A stretch of DNA of 64,000 bases from a virus (IMGVR_UViG_3300037067_014938:17435-81434); one strand, 5' to 3'; positions 28,992 to 38,796 are shown, numbered from the stretch's first letter. Made by a program: numbers and translations. Notes: generated by a model from the sequence alone, not told the origin.

Positions 28992-29870
28992 ATGAACAGT
29001 TATCCTAAAGTATATGCTCTTGGGCATAGAGCAGTAACTGGCTTAAATGGTTCTCAAGTTATAATTGAAGAAAAGGTAGACGGAAGTCAATTCTCTTTTG
29101 GTCGTTATAATAATACTTTACGTGTAAAGTCTCATAATAAAGAAATGGTTCCTGATGCTCCAGAAAAAATGTTTAAAAAAGCCGTTGATTTTGTAGCAAC
29201 GCTGGATTTAATGAATGGTTGGACATATCGGGGGGAAGTTTTAGATAAACCTAAACACCATCTCTTAACTTACAGCCGAGTTCCAAATGGCAATGTAATT
29301 TTATTTGATATAAATGTTGCACCAGAAAATTATTTATCGTATAATGACAAAGATATAGAAGCAATACGACTTGGTTTAGAAATTGTGCCTCGATTATATG
29401 AGGGAATTTTTGCTTTTGATATTCCTTCTTTAATGGCTTTTCTTGAGAGAGAATCTATATTAGGTGGGACGAAAATTGAAGGAATTGTAATTAAAAATTA
29501 TAATTTATTTGGTCCGGATGGAAAACCCTTGATGGGAAAATTTGTATCTGAGAAATTCAAAGAAGATGCAAAAAAACAGTGGAAAAATAATAATCCAGGG
29601 GGGAAAGACGTAATTGATAATTTAATTCAGGTATTTAAAACCGAAATAAGATGGGAAAAAGCTATACTTCATCTTCGCGAAGAGGGTAAAGTAACTGACG
29701 ATCCGAAAGATATTGGTCTAATTATAAAAACAGTCATGCAAGATATTAAAGACGAATGTCGGGATGATATTGAGGGGATGTTATATTCTTGGGCGATAGA
29801 TAAAGTTCTTCGCGGATGTATAAGAGGGTTGCCTGAATGGTACAAGAAGAAATTGATAGAAAAACAATAA
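28992..29870 (+). CDS. ATP-dependent RNA ligase, Rnl2-like nucleotidyltransferase
   Basis: Motif I EEKVDGSQFSFG (KxDG), followed by RGEVL, ILFDI, EGIVIK and GKFVSEKFK, in the order of RNA/DNA ligase motifs I-V. Confidence 0.6.
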   Translation: MNSYPKVYALGHRAVTGLNGSQVIIEEKVDGSQFSFGRYNNTLRVKSHNKEMVPDAPEKMFKKAVDFVATLDLMNGWTYRGEVLDKPKHHLLTYSRVPNGNVILFDINVAPENYLSYNDKDIEAIRLGLEIVPRLYEGIFAFDIPSLMAFLERESILGGTKIEGIVIKNYNLFGPDGKPLMGKFVSEKFKEDAKKQWKNNNPGGKDVIDNLIQVFKTEIRWEKAILHLREEGKVTDDPKDIGLIIKTVMQDIKDECRDDIEGMLYSWAIDKVLRGCIRGLPEWYKKKLIEKQ

Positions 29871-30018
29871 TAATTTTATTTTTATTTCAAATAGCTAAAT
29901 ATTTACGGTCGGGAAAACATATGGTAGGAATAATGAATGACAGAGGTATAGAAAATTGTTTTTCTAATTGTCGTGAAAATGCAACGCTGAATAATTTTAC
30001 GGATAACAGAATAAAAAG

Positions 30019-30306
30019 ATGTATTCAACAATTGTTGAAATAAATGATTTGTTACTTATATATTTACTTATGGGGTACTTTAGGTGGTATAATGAAGAAA
30101 AAAGTTTTAATATAGATATAGATTATCTTAAAGCATTTCATGGAGCAACGCCTCCCAAAGCTATAGAAGAAATTTTTGAAGCTTTTGATTGGCTTTTAAA
30201 GGCTGTAAAAATATATCCGTGGCATGAATTCTCAATGGCGGGTCGTGTAGTATTAAAACTTGCCGGAGTGGTGGAATTGGTAGACACCAGGGACTTAGTA
30301 CAATGA
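30019..30306 (+). CDS. Hypothetical protein; shares an exact 42-bp segment with ORF 40154..40618
   Basis: IDIDYLKAFHGATP is encoded by identical DNA at 30112..30153 and 40346..40387. The 3' end overlaps the tRNA-Leu 5' exon. Confidence 0.35.
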   Translation: MYSTIVEINDLLLIYLLMGYFRWYNEEKSFNIDIDYLKAFHGATPPKAIEEIFEAFDWLLKAVKIYPWHEFSMAGRVVLKLAGVVELVDTRDLVQ

Positions 30307-30566
30307 GCACTTAGATTGGAAACTTCTAAGTGAATAGGGCCTAATTCGGTGAATCCTGTAAAGTGGTAACGCCGAGCTAAATTTCAAGTAAATAATTTTA
30401 CTTGAATAAATGTGTAGAGACTATACAGCCCTTACCTAAACCAAAAGGCATGGTAAAGACATAGTCCAGACCACAAACTTGTTTGCTATCAAGGTGATGA
30501 AAATCATAGTGGTAAGAAAATCCCTTGCCTAAATTAGGCGTGCCGGTTCAAGTCCGGCCTCCGGCA
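30262..30566 (+). tRNA. tRNA-Leu (anticodon UAA), type II, interrupted by a group I intron in the anticodon loop
   Basis: Exon 1 (30262..30296): GCCGGAG-TG-GTG-GAATTGGTAGA-CAC-C-AGGGA-CTT. Exon 2 (30517..30566): AAAA-TCCCT-TGCCTAAATTAGGCG-T-GCCGG-TTCAAGT-CCGGC-CTCCGGC-A. The spliced tRNA is 85 nt and resembles bacterial tRNA-Leu. Confidence 0.75.
30297..30516 (+). ncRNA. Group I intron (IC3-like, 220 nt) inserted between U34 and A35 of tRNA-Leu(UAA)
   Basis: Starts after exon U and ends with omega G (GGTAAG|AAAA). Core segments AACGCCGAGC and GTGTAGAGACTATACAGCCCTTACCTAAACCAAAAGGCATGG match the P7/P3/P8 core of Azoarcus/Anabaena tRNA introns. No internal ORF. Confidence 0.7.
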
Positions 30567-30960
30567 TTAAAATTCTGGTGGAGAGATAAATGTGGATGAT
30601 GCTACATACTCGTGATAGTACTTATTTATTTACTGCAACAATTACGGATAAAGAGTATATACTAAATATGCGTAGATATTGGCACCCCAAAGCTATACTT
30701 ATTTTGGTGGATAAATGACTATAATTGATATAGATCGTCGTATGATAAGAGTATATGTTGAAGGTAAAACTTTAACATATTCTATAATGTACCATCCAGA
30801 TGCTAATCAATTTTCTTTTTACCCTGGTGCTACTCCACAAGAGTTTTTTAGAATATGTAGAAATGCAAGTGATGTATTCCATATATTTGGTGTTCAGTTA
30901 ATCGTTGCTTTACTATTAAGTATATATGCAAATTATTAGGGTGTTTGATAAGGAGGAAAA

Positions 30961-31170
30961 ATGAAAAGGGAAGAATTGAAAGCTGGAGAAATTTATCAAG
31001 TAAATCAAGAAGGACATAAACTTCATGGTAAACCCGTGATTGCTTCTTGTTATTCCGTGTGGCTCGACAATCCCAATGATACGTTAGTCATGTGCCACGA
31101 AATTGACAAAAATGGGTTCTTTGATAGGGAACCAGTGAATATAAACAATTTAGTAAGAGTAGGAGTCTAA
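30961..31170 (+). CDS. Hypothetical protein
   Basis: RBS AAGGAGG upstream. Confidence 0.4.
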   Translation: MKREELKAGEIYQVNQEGHKLHGKPVIASCYSVWLDNPNDTLVMCHEIDKNGFFDREPVNINNLVRVGV

Positions 31171-31171
31171 G

Positions 31172-31612
31172 ATGAAAATCGAGTATTTTCGTCACGATGA
31201 TAACAACAATATCCTGGCTACGATGGTTATTGTTGAAGAAGGTCCAGATAAGGGAAAATATGGACTTTGTTTTACAAAACCAAGAGAAAATGGTGATAAA
31301 AAGATGGGCAGAGAAACTGCTAAAGAGAGATTAATTTCTGCCCCTGGAAATATTTTATCAGGTACACAACTTGGTAAATTATTATATAAAATGTTGGTTA
31401 AGCAAAAAGAAATTTTTCTACCCTTAGCTGAATACACTGGTGGTAACTTTTTTGTTACCGTTAAAGAAGTTAAAGGGATTATCTTCAATCATTCACGAAA
31501 ATCCGTTGATTTGGTTTCCAATGGAGATAATGGTGAGGAAATTAGAAGTTGGATTGGAACAGTTTTATCTATGAGCGTATTAGATTTCAAGGTCGGAATT
31601 AAACAATATTAA
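31172..31612 (+). CDS. Hypothetical protein
   Basis: 146-aa ORF. Confidence 0.4.
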   Translation: MKIEYFRHDDNNNILATMVIVEEGPDKGKYGLCFTKPRENGDKKMGRETAKERLISAPGNILSGTQLGKLLYKMLVKQKEIFLPLAEYTGGNFFVTVKEVKGIIFNHSRKSVDLVSNGDNGEEIRSWIGTVLSMSVLDFKVGIKQY

Positions 31613-31622
31613 GGAGGAACAA

Positions 31623-32420
31623 GTGAAGAGAATTTTGATTTCGTTTGTGGCCATTTTTTCATTCGTAATGGCCGGGTGCGGAACCCAAATTGACTCTGGT
31701 TACAAAGGAGTCAAATATTACAAATTTGGAGATGGCACCCAAATGGGAAAAGTTTACAATGAAGGGTTTCAATGGCATCTACCTTGGAACAGTTTTTATA
31801 CGTACAAAGTCCAAGTGAACGAAGCCAAAGAAAAACTTCATATTCTGGCTGTAAATGGAGTCTCTTTGGATATTGATATGGGGGTTTGGTTTTATCCCGA
31901 TGTTAGCAAATTAGACTCCTTACAAATTACGGTCGGCCCGGATTATGCCAATTCGGTTGTTCTTCCAGCTTTGCGAGAAGAATCCCGCAAAAAGGTAGGA
32001 AAATACACACCGGAAGATACATATTCCGCCAAACGAGATTTAATTGGTGAAGAAATTTTGGCCGGGATGCGGGAACTTTGTGGAAAAAAGTTTATTATTG
32101 TTGACAAAATTCTCATCCGGGACGTAAATCTTCCCGAAAAAATCAAAGCGGCTATTGATGCCAAAATCACCGCCGATCAAGAGCAGCAACAAATGGAGTT
32201 TACACTGTTGAAAGAAGCGAAGGAAGCCGAACGTAAACGAATCGAAGCCGGTGGTATTGCTGATTTTCAGCGAATCGTTTCGCAAGGAATTACGCCGTCG
32301 TTGCTCGAATGGAAGGGGATTGAAGCTACGGAAAAGTTAGTTGCTTCGCCAAACGCCAAGATTATTGTAATTGGCAACGGCAAAGACAATCTCCCGGTGC
32401 TTTTGAACGGTGGCAATTAG
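31623..32420 (+). CDS. SPFH/Band-7 (prohibitin/HflC-like) lipoprotein in GC-rich moron
   Basis: Lipobox FVMAGCG. C-terminal region EAKEAERKRIEAGGIADFQRIVSQGI...AKIIVIGNG is typical of the SPFH domain. Local GC about 45%. Confidence 0.55.
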   Translation: MKRILISFVAIFSFVMAGCGTQIDSGYKGVKYYKFGDGTQMGKVYNEGFQWHLPWNSFYTYKVQVNEAKEKLHILAVNGVSLDIDMGVWFYPDVSKLDSLQITVGPDYANSVVLPALREESRKKVGKYTPEDTYSAKRDLIGEEILAGMRELCGKKFIIVDKILIRDVNLPEKIKAAIDAKITADQEQQQMEFTLLKEAKEAERKRIEAGGIADFQRIVSQGITPSLLEWKGIEATEKLVASPNAKIIVIGNGKDNLPVLLNGGN

Positions 32421-32435
32421 GGCCATTTTGGGATT

Positions 32436-32915
32436 TTGGAGGATAGGATAATGCACTATTTACTGATAGTATTTACCAACAAGCCGACGGATTTGAATAT
32501 CACGAACATCATGGAACCATTCTGCGAACATGATGGGGATAATCCCGACGGAAAATGGGACTTCTGGCAAATCGGTGGACGTTGGACGGGCCTGTTTGAT
32601 GGATACGAACCGGATAAAGACCCCGACAATTCCGAACCATGTTGGCTTTGTGGTGCGACTGGAAAGCGTACCGACATGGAAGTTGTAAACGGGTGCAACA
32701 GATGTAACGGAACCGGGACGGCAATCAAATGGCCGACGAAATGGAAACGGCACGACGGCGACATTATGAAGGCCAGTACGGTTAAGACGTGGCCGGAATA
32801 CATCGGTGAAACACCATATATTGACGGCCAGGGTGGATGGCACGATAATGGCGTGGTCGAATATGCCAAGGCCAATCCTAATCTTTTTGCCGTCGTCGTG
32901 GATTTTCATACATGA
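32436..32915 (+). CDS. Hypothetical Cys-rich protein in GC-rich moron
   Basis: GC about 50%. Contains CWLCGATGKR...CNRCNGTG. The overlapping antisense ORFs are judged spurious. Confidence 0.4.
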   Translation: MEDRIMHYLLIVFTNKPTDLNITNIMEPFCEHDGDNPDGKWDFWQIGGRWTGLFDGYEPDKDPDNSEPCWLCGATGKRTDMEVVNGCNRCNGTGTAIKWPTKWKRHDGDIMKASTVKTWPEYIGETPYIDGQGGWHDNGVVEYAKANPNLFAVVVDFHT

Positions 32916-33005
32916 AAAATTAAAGGGGAAAATGATATGTAGAACATCCGGTGATGGTTATCTATTTTAACCCCCGACCGACCCGTGACTTTCCCCTATA
33001 AAAAT

Positions 33006-33078
33006 GGGACTGTAGCTCAATTGGTAGAGCAATTGCCCTTTAAGCAATAGGTCGATGGTTCGACTCCATCCAGTATAC
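33006..33078 (+). tRNA. tRNA-Lys (anticodon UUU), loop CCTTTAA with C33; acceptor stem has mismatches
   Basis: D-arm GCTC-AATTGGTA-GAGC, anticodon stem ATTGC/GCAAT, T-arm GATGG-TTCGACT-CCATC. Acceptor GGGACTG/CAGTATA has 5 of 7 pairs. Confidence 0.5.
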
Positions 33079-33602
33079 ACGCAACCTATCCTCTTGTGAC
33101 TTAAAATTATTTATTATAACAGCACGAGAAGCTGCTCTTTTTTATAGATTCCCTGGTATAACAATTGGAAAACTATTACTCCTGATTTTGGCAGAAAAAT
33201 GAACGAAATTGGTCTGATATTTATAATCCTTTTTTTGATTACTTTGTATGTTAACTCCTTATATTTCGCGAGAAAAATAATACTGTGAAAAAGATTCAAA
33301 GAGAGAATGTAACAATTTACTGACTTACTCAAAGACGGCAAGTAGGTGTCAATGTGGTCGCCCTAATGTGGCTTACAATCAAAAATGCTTCTCATGTGGA
33401 AAAATTAATAATAATAGTTATATTGTGGGAAAAAGATGAACATGGATTTTATAGACTTTATTAGATTTACAGCTTGGGTATATGCCATACTGATACCACT
33501 ATGGGCTATAGCTGGATGTGCGGTCCAACATTTTGACGAACAAAGAGAACTTGCAACTGAACAAATAAAGAATCTGTGAGAAAGAAAACGCCGAAGAATT
33601 AA

Positions 33603-33675
33603 AAGGGCCATAGCTCAATCGGCAGAGCATCTTCCTTACACGGAGACGGTTAGTGGTTCAAATCCACTTGGCCCT
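33603..33675 (+). tRNA. tRNA-Val (anticodon UAC)
   Basis: Acceptor AGGGCCA/TGGCCCT, D-arm GCTC-AATCGGCA-GAGC, anticodon stem TCTTC/GGAGA with loop CTTACAC, T-arm AGTGG-TTCAAAT-CCACT. Confidence 0.65.
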
Positions 33676-34097
33676 ATTACATTTCTTTTATTTCTGCTTG
33701 CTGTTGCATTTACTCTTGGTATGTGGGTGATAATACTCTTCCTTCCCATTGATAAAATACCCATACCTATAAACGCATATACAAAAATTGGGATATTCTG
33801 TATATTTATGTTTACAATAATTGGAATAGATGTCTCACTTTTTAGAATCACGAGAATGAACTTTAATGAAAGATGAATTAATTTTTATACTTATTACTTA
33901 TTGTATTCATATAAAATATGGTTTCACAACTAATATACATTATCATATAAAATGGTTACCCACTCATATTGAGGCATGTGATTTGTATGACTCATATATT
34001 TATAATACTCGTGCATTCCACAAAGAATTGTATAAGTTTAAAATGAAGCTATTGAGGAATGTTAGTTGATTTGCATGCAATCGGCTAATCAAAAAAT

Positions 34098-34171
34098 GGC
34101 CTCGTAACTCAGTTGGTTAGAGTACATGCCTTATAAGCATGAAGTCGTTGGTTCAAGTCCAACCGGGGCTA
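34098..34171 (+). tRNA. tRNA-Ile (anticodon UAU)
   Basis: Acceptor GGCCTCG/CGGGGCT, D-arm ACTC-AGTTGGTTA-GAGT, anticodon stem CATGC/GCATG with loop CTTATAA, T-arm GTTGG-TTCAAGT-CCAAC. Confidence 0.6.
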
Positions 34172-34175
34172 TTTT

Positions 34176-34436
34176 ATGATATATATTAGAATAGCACATA
34201 AAGCAGTTGATATTAGTGAAAATAAAGATTTTTGTGTTGATCTATATTGTCAAGATGATACAAAAACGTTATACGACATTGGTACAAAAGGTAGAATTAG
34301 TTGTGATATACCTCGTGTTATAAAATATGGCAATGAATTATTAGCTTCAAGAAAAACATTCTTTAATGAATTTCCAACTTTATATAGTGTTAAATTATTA
34401 CTTTTAATACTGGCAGAATTTCCTCTTATTCAATAA
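34176..34436 (+). CDS. Small paralog-family protein (C-terminus VKLLLLILAEFPLIQ)
   Basis: N-terminus MIYIRIA and the C-terminal LLxILAE motif. Confidence 0.45.
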   Translation: MIYIRIAHKAVDISENKDFCVDLYCQDDTKTLYDIGTKGRISCDIPRVIKYGNELLASRKTFFNEFPTLYSVKLLLLILAEFPLIQ

Positions 34437-34833
34437 TCGGAGCTTCAAATGAGAATGTTCTTATTACGATACTTTGATAATTTTATGCCTTGGGTAACTG
34501 CTGGAATATTCATAAATTATGGAAATGCTTTATGGAATAATTTTTCTTATTCTTTATTAGCCATTTGGTTTATTGCAATCGGAAGTGGATTACTTGGTTT
34601 TAGTCTAGCTATTATATTAATTTCAAATGATTTAAAGCTTGTTTACTTCATTTATAAAAAACAAAAAAAGTTACAAAAATGAAAATTCAAATCATTTTTA
34701 ATAATATAAGAATAACTGGAAACGAAGGGCCGGGTTGGGTAGAACTCCCTGGAAATATTGCTTTTGGCACATCTCTTAGTCAATATATAGAATATTTGAT
34801 GAGTTCACATCAGGAGGAAATTTTGCCTGCACA

Positions 34834-36153
34834 ATGTATAAAAGTTCTTTTATGGATATTAGGAGAAAAATAATGCCACATGTTTTATATAAGAATAATC
34901 CAACTGCCTATAGAAAAAGCAACCAAGTGTTCATTAATAAAGTACCTATTGCCTATATTTGGGCAGATTTTAACACCCTCGAACAATCGGCAAAGAATCA
35001 AATTTATGAAATGATAAAGCATCCCAGACTTTGGCCTCATTTAGCCATAATGCCTGATGTCCATGCGGGAATAGGTGCTACAATTGGTTCTGTAATTCCC
35101 TTACGTAATGCAATTATTCCATCTGCCGTTGGAACTGACATTGGTTGTGGAGTAATGGCTCTTAAAACAAATCTTACGGTAAACGAAGTAACTCCTAAAT
35201 TTAAAGAAATTCATATGGGGATTAAGAGAAGTATTCCGCTTGGATTTAATGATCGAAATATGAATCCAAGAAATCAAAAATTAATGAAAGAATTAGTTCC
35301 AGATGTTTTACACGCTCAGATTTTTGATTACGAGCAAAATAAGGAACTTTGGAATAGCCATAAGGGAATCGCTCCGCAAATGGGAACATTAGGTAGTGGA
35401 AATCATTTTATAGAGTTGTGCAAAGATAAAGATAATGTGGTATGGGCTGTTGTTCATTCCGGTTCTAGAAATATTGGTTATAAGATTGCAGAAAGATATA
35501 CTAAATTAGCAAAAGAAGAAGGTCATTCTTTTGGTGATTTGTCATATTTTGATGCTGACTCGGAAAGAGGCGAAGAATATTTAAAGCATATGCGATTTGC
35601 GGTGGATTTTGCTTATTATAATAGAAAATTTATGATTCATGAAATAACTTTAATGTTTAAGTCCTTATTTCCAAATCTCATAGGTCAGATAGAATTAAAT
35701 ATTCCGCATAATTTTGTAGCAGAAGAGTTTCATTATGGAGAATGGCTTTGGATTCATAGAAAAGGTGCTGTAAAAGTGCCTAATCTTTTAGTTCCACATT
35801 GGTTTACGAGAGGAATTATCCCAGGGTCAATGGGTTCTTCAACTTATATTGTAGAGGGTAGAGGAAATGAAGAGTCCTTTAATTCTTGCTCTCATGGTGC
35901 TGGTAGAGTTATGTCTCGTTCTATGGCCAAAGGGAAAGTCAATAGGAAAACAGGGGAGCAAAAAACCGAAGGTGTATTAAAACTGGAAGATTTTAAAGCA
36001 AAAATGGCAGGAATTTATTCTGAGGATATTGATTCGCAACATATAGATGAATCTCCAGATGCGTATAAGGATATAGATAAGGTAATGGAAAATCAGAAAG
36101 AATTAGTCGTAATTCTGGAAAAATTAGAACCTATATTTAATATTAAGGGATGA
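34834..36153 (+). CDS. rtcB: RtcB-family 3'-phosphate RNA ligase
   Basis: DIGCGVMA, GSGNHFIEL, HSGSRNIG, PHNFV and SCSHGAGR motifs in RtcB order. 439 aa. Confidence 0.8.
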   Translation: MYKSSFMDIRRKIMPHVLYKNNPTAYRKSNQVFINKVPIAYIWADFNTLEQSAKNQIYEMIKHPRLWPHLAIMPDVHAGIGATIGSVIPLRNAIIPSAVGTDIGCGVMALKTNLTVNEVTPKFKEIHMGIKRSIPLGFNDRNMNPRNQKLMKELVPDVLHAQIFDYEQNKELWNSHKGIAPQMGTLGSGNHFIELCKDKDNVVWAVVHSGSRNIGYKIAERYTKLAKEEGHSFGDLSYFDADSERGEEYLKHMRFAVDFAYYNRKFMIHEITLMFKSLFPNLIGQIELNIPHNFVAEEFHYGEWLWIHRKGAVKVPNLLVPHWFTRGIIPGSMGSSTYIVEGRGNEESFNSCSHGAGRVMSRSMAKGKVNRKTGEQKTEGVLKLEDFKAKMAGIYSEDIDSQHIDESPDAYKDIDKVMENQKELVVILEKLEPIFNIKG

Positions 36154-36154
36154 T

Positions 36155-36799
36155 ATGTTTCATTTAACAAGTTATAATCTTCATCATGCTGGAGTAGATA
36201 TTATTTATAATGATGATAATTCTGACTGTGATTGTGAGGATATTTGTCGTTGTAGCAGAATAGTAAATGAACAAGTTGAATCTGTAGATTTGAATGAAAT
36301 TGTTCAAAATCTTTGTGAGAAAGATCCTGTTATTATCAAATATTGTGTTGATAGAATATTAAGAATATTTAAAGCGTACAATCCTGAAAATTACGATATT
36401 TCTATAGAAGGGGGATATTACGGGCAAGAAATAGGTAAGGTAACTCTTACAAATGAAGCGGCTAAATTAATAGATTGTGCGTTTGATAATTTATTGGCAT
36501 TAAATACGGATAAAGAAAAGTTACTTTTCGTGCTTGGTTTAGAATATGCATTTATTACTTCCTTATTAAGGAGGGGAAAATTTGAAGTTAAAGAAATTTC
36601 ATTAAAAGAGATATCTGAAAAAAGTAACAAATTAGTTATTAAAAAAGTTGAAAAATACGATTTAATACCAGATATCCCCATAGGCATTGTAACACAAAGA
36701 AATAATGAGTATATTATCATAGATGGGCATCATAGGATTATCTCTTTGCAACAGATGAAAAATCCTCCTAAAATAATAAAGGTATATTATGTCAAATGA
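36155..36799 (+). CDS. Hypothetical protein with C-terminal ParB/sulfiredoxin-like DGHHR motif
   Basis: C-terminal segment IIIDGHHRIISLQQ. Confidence 0.35.
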   Translation: MFHLTSYNLHHAGVDIIYNDDNSDCDCEDICRCSRIVNEQVESVDLNEIVQNLCEKDPVIIKYCVDRILRIFKAYNPENYDISIEGGYYGQEIGKVTLTNEAAKLIDCAFDNLLALNTDKEKLLFVLGLEYAFITSLLRRGKFEVKEISLKEISEKSNKLVIKKVEKYDLIPDIPIGIVTQRNNEYIIIDGHHRIISLQQMKNPPKIIKVYYVK

Positions 36800-37133
36800 A
36801 ATCAAGAGTATTATTGATGAAATTGCTAAAAAAGCTGGTGAATCTATAAGAGCAGGAATGGCTTTGCCTCAAGATGAGTTTTATGAAGAAGAAGAAAAAC
36901 AATTAACCGAAGCAGTAAAACCATTTATAGAAGAAGCTTTTAATACCGGACGAAATATTACGGATTTATGTTCAGAAGTAACTGTTAGGGGTGGAGTAGC
37001 TTATGTAGAAAAAGTAGCCGTTGGAACTGAAGTTAAATTAACTGACTACGACGGGGAACAAATTGGAGAACCAACTGTTACATATGTGTATGGAAATAAA
37101 AATGATGAAGTAGTTTTATTGAGAGAAGAATGA
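36789..37133 (+). CDS. Hypothetical acidic protein
   Basis: 114-aa ORF overlapping its neighbours by a few nt. Confidence 0.4.
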   Translation: MSNEIKSIIDEIAKKAGESIRAGMALPQDEFYEEEEKQLTEAVKPFIEEAFNTGRNITDLCSEVTVRGGVAYVEKVAVGTEVKLTDYDGEQIGEPTVTYVYGNKNDEVVLLREE

Positions 37134-37310
37134 CTATTCAAGTTAAAAATGCCCATTTATATATGAGTGGGTTAGATCAATCTACGGAATATGTTATTCG
37201 TAATGAGGACCATTGTATCGGCGTAGCAAGGATAAATTATTCTTATGAAGTTACCATAGTTTATATATCAGCATTATTAATATTTATTTTGAGTAATAGA
37301 AAGGAAAAAA

Positions 37311-37571
37311 ATGTCATCATTTAATACTCCAGTTTATGTATCATGCTCTGTTTGTGGACCAAAATTATTCGTCTTTACTTCTAACGGAAAAAGAAAAATT
37401 AATTATACTTTTATGGCAACTGTAAAGGAATGGGATTTTGGAATTCCAGAATGTCCACATTGTAGAGGAACTAAAAATAATATAACTTTAATAGAACGTA
37501 ACAATAATGGTGTTATAACAAAAGAAATAGTTTCAACACCACGTTTAAAATTGGAGGCAATAGAATGTTAA
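37311..37571 (+). CDS. Zinc-ribbon protein
   Basis: CSVCGP...CPHCRG. Confidence 0.4.
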   Translation: MSSFNTPVYVSCSVCGPKLFVFTSNGKRKINYTFMATVKEWDFGIPECPHCRGTKNNITLIERNNNGVITKEIVSTPRLKLEAIEC

Positions 37572-37834
37572 TAGAAAGTTTTTTTGATTTAGTCAATAAG
37601 CATAAAGGCAAAGAAGTTAATATCCATTACAAAAATGGAACAAAAGACACGGGGAAATTAGTCCTTGATAAGTCCTCCGACGGTCAAGATATCGACATTA
37701 CCGTTAATGGTGGAACATATCCTAAAACATTGTATAGAAAAACTTATGATACTTGTTTAGGTGAGACGGAAATAACAGTTAGAAGATACCTTCAAATCAC
37801 TAAAATAATACCACGTAAAACAAAAAAGGAGAAA

Positions 37835-37978
37835 TGATGGAAGAGAACGAAGTAAAAACTTCCAGCATTAATGTCTCAGGTTTCACCGAAAAGGAGAAAC
37901 AAGACATTAAGATCGCGGCAGTAAAGGCCAATAAAACTCTTGGCCAGTATTGTCACGACATGCTGGTAAAGGTCTAAA
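37835..37978 (+). CDS. Small ribbon-helix-helix-like protein (47 aa)
   Basis: Read by hand as MMEENEVKTSSINVSGFTEKEKQDIKIAAVKANKTLGQYCHDMLVKV, which resembles a CopG/Arc-type strand-helix-helix. RBS AAGGAG upstream. Confidence 0.3.
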
Positions 37979-37990
37979 CAATCGCCGTCT

Positions 37991-38021
37991 CCCGTCCTTT
38001 TTAGGGGCCTTAACTGGCCCC
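37991..38021 (+). terminator. Hairpin TTTTT-AGGGGCC-TTAACT-GGCCCCT-AAAAA (possible bidirectional terminator)
   Basis: Perfect 7-bp GC stem flanked by T-run and A-run. Confidence 0.4.
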
Positions 38022-38030
38022 TAAAAATAT

Positions 38031-38219
38031 ATGCAAATTATTGTTTTATTTAATTCAATTAATATTATTGAAGATGGATTTTATGTTTCTTGTACTAAAT
38101 CAACCTGTAACTTATTAACAGAATTACCTTGGTACAAGGTACATTGGGATAGATTAAATTCAGAACGTATAACAGTAGTTAAAATTTTACTTTTGATATT
38201 AAGCGATCGAAATGATTAA
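38031..38219 (+). CDS. Small paralog-family protein (C-terminus VKILLLILSDRND)
   Basis: N-terminus MQIIVLF and the C-terminal motif. Its stop overlaps the next gene's start (ATGA). Confidence 0.45.
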   Translation: MQIIVLFNSINIIEDGFYVSCTKSTCNLLTELPWYKVHWDRLNSERITVVKILLLILSDRND

Positions 38220-38595
38220 AGCAATAAAATTAAAAGGAATCCAAGTTACTTCGGAGTTATTTGTTTCTAATTCTTCTCAGATTAAACCTTGTATACAAGA
38301 AGTGGTTTATGCTGATGACTCAAAAATAAAATCATTCAATAATTTAAAAATTATTTCATTCAAAGATAAACGATTCATTGCATTATTTTCGGATATTACA
38401 CCCAATGGCATATGGATTTATCTTGATAAAGATTATAAACGTACTACAAATTTATGGACATTACTTTGTTTTAAAAGAAAAGAATATCACAAAATATACA
38501 TCTTTTTTAGTTTGGCTTTTAGACAGATGGTTTACAAAGAAACTGAATCTCTTAATAAGATTCCAGTTCAAATTACACTATCATTTAAATTATGA
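38212..38595 (+). CDS. Hypothetical protein
   Basis: 127-aa ORF. Confidence 0.4.
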   Translation: MIKAIKLKGIQVTSELFVSNSSQIKPCIQEVVYADDSKIKSFNNLKIISFKDKRFIALFSDITPNGIWIYLDKDYKRTTNLWTLLCFKRKEYHKIYIFFSLAFRQMVYKETESLNKIPVQITLSFKL

Positions 38596-38795
38596 TATAT
38601 TATACTACTGATAGACCTGAAGGATTATACATTAAACATAAAAAATATAAATATTTTTATACTAGCATAAAGGATACAAAATATTGGATTAAACGTTATA
38701 TTAAATTTTCTGGCATCTCTTCAATTGATATACAAACTAATATTAATTCAGCTGTAATTGCATTATTAGTATTTATATTATTAGAAAGGAAATAA
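38592..38795 (+). CDS. Small paralog-family protein (C-terminus IALLVFILLERK)
   Basis: C-terminal motif. Confidence 0.45.
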   Translation: MIYYTTDRPEGLYIKHKKYKYFYTSIKDTKYWIKRYIKFSGISSIDIQTNINSAVIALLVFILLERK

Positions 38796-38796
38796 A

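Noticed and set aside
30297-30516. Possibility that the tRNA-Leu insert is a homing-endonuclease-containing mobile intron or a transposon
   Set aside because: 220 nt with no ORF. It is consistent with a minimal self-splicing group I intron only, so no mobile-element call was made.
32456-32909. Three overlapping minus-strand ORFs (139, 149, 71 aa)
   Set aside because: They are antisense to the GC-rich plus-strand gene 32436..32915. Long antisense ORFs are expected in GC-rich inserts and have no start context.
33636-33851. Minus-strand 71-aa ORF
   Set aside because: Its C-terminus overlaps tRNA-Val on the opposite strand, and its sequence is AT-rich low complexity. Low confidence, so it is not listed as a gene.
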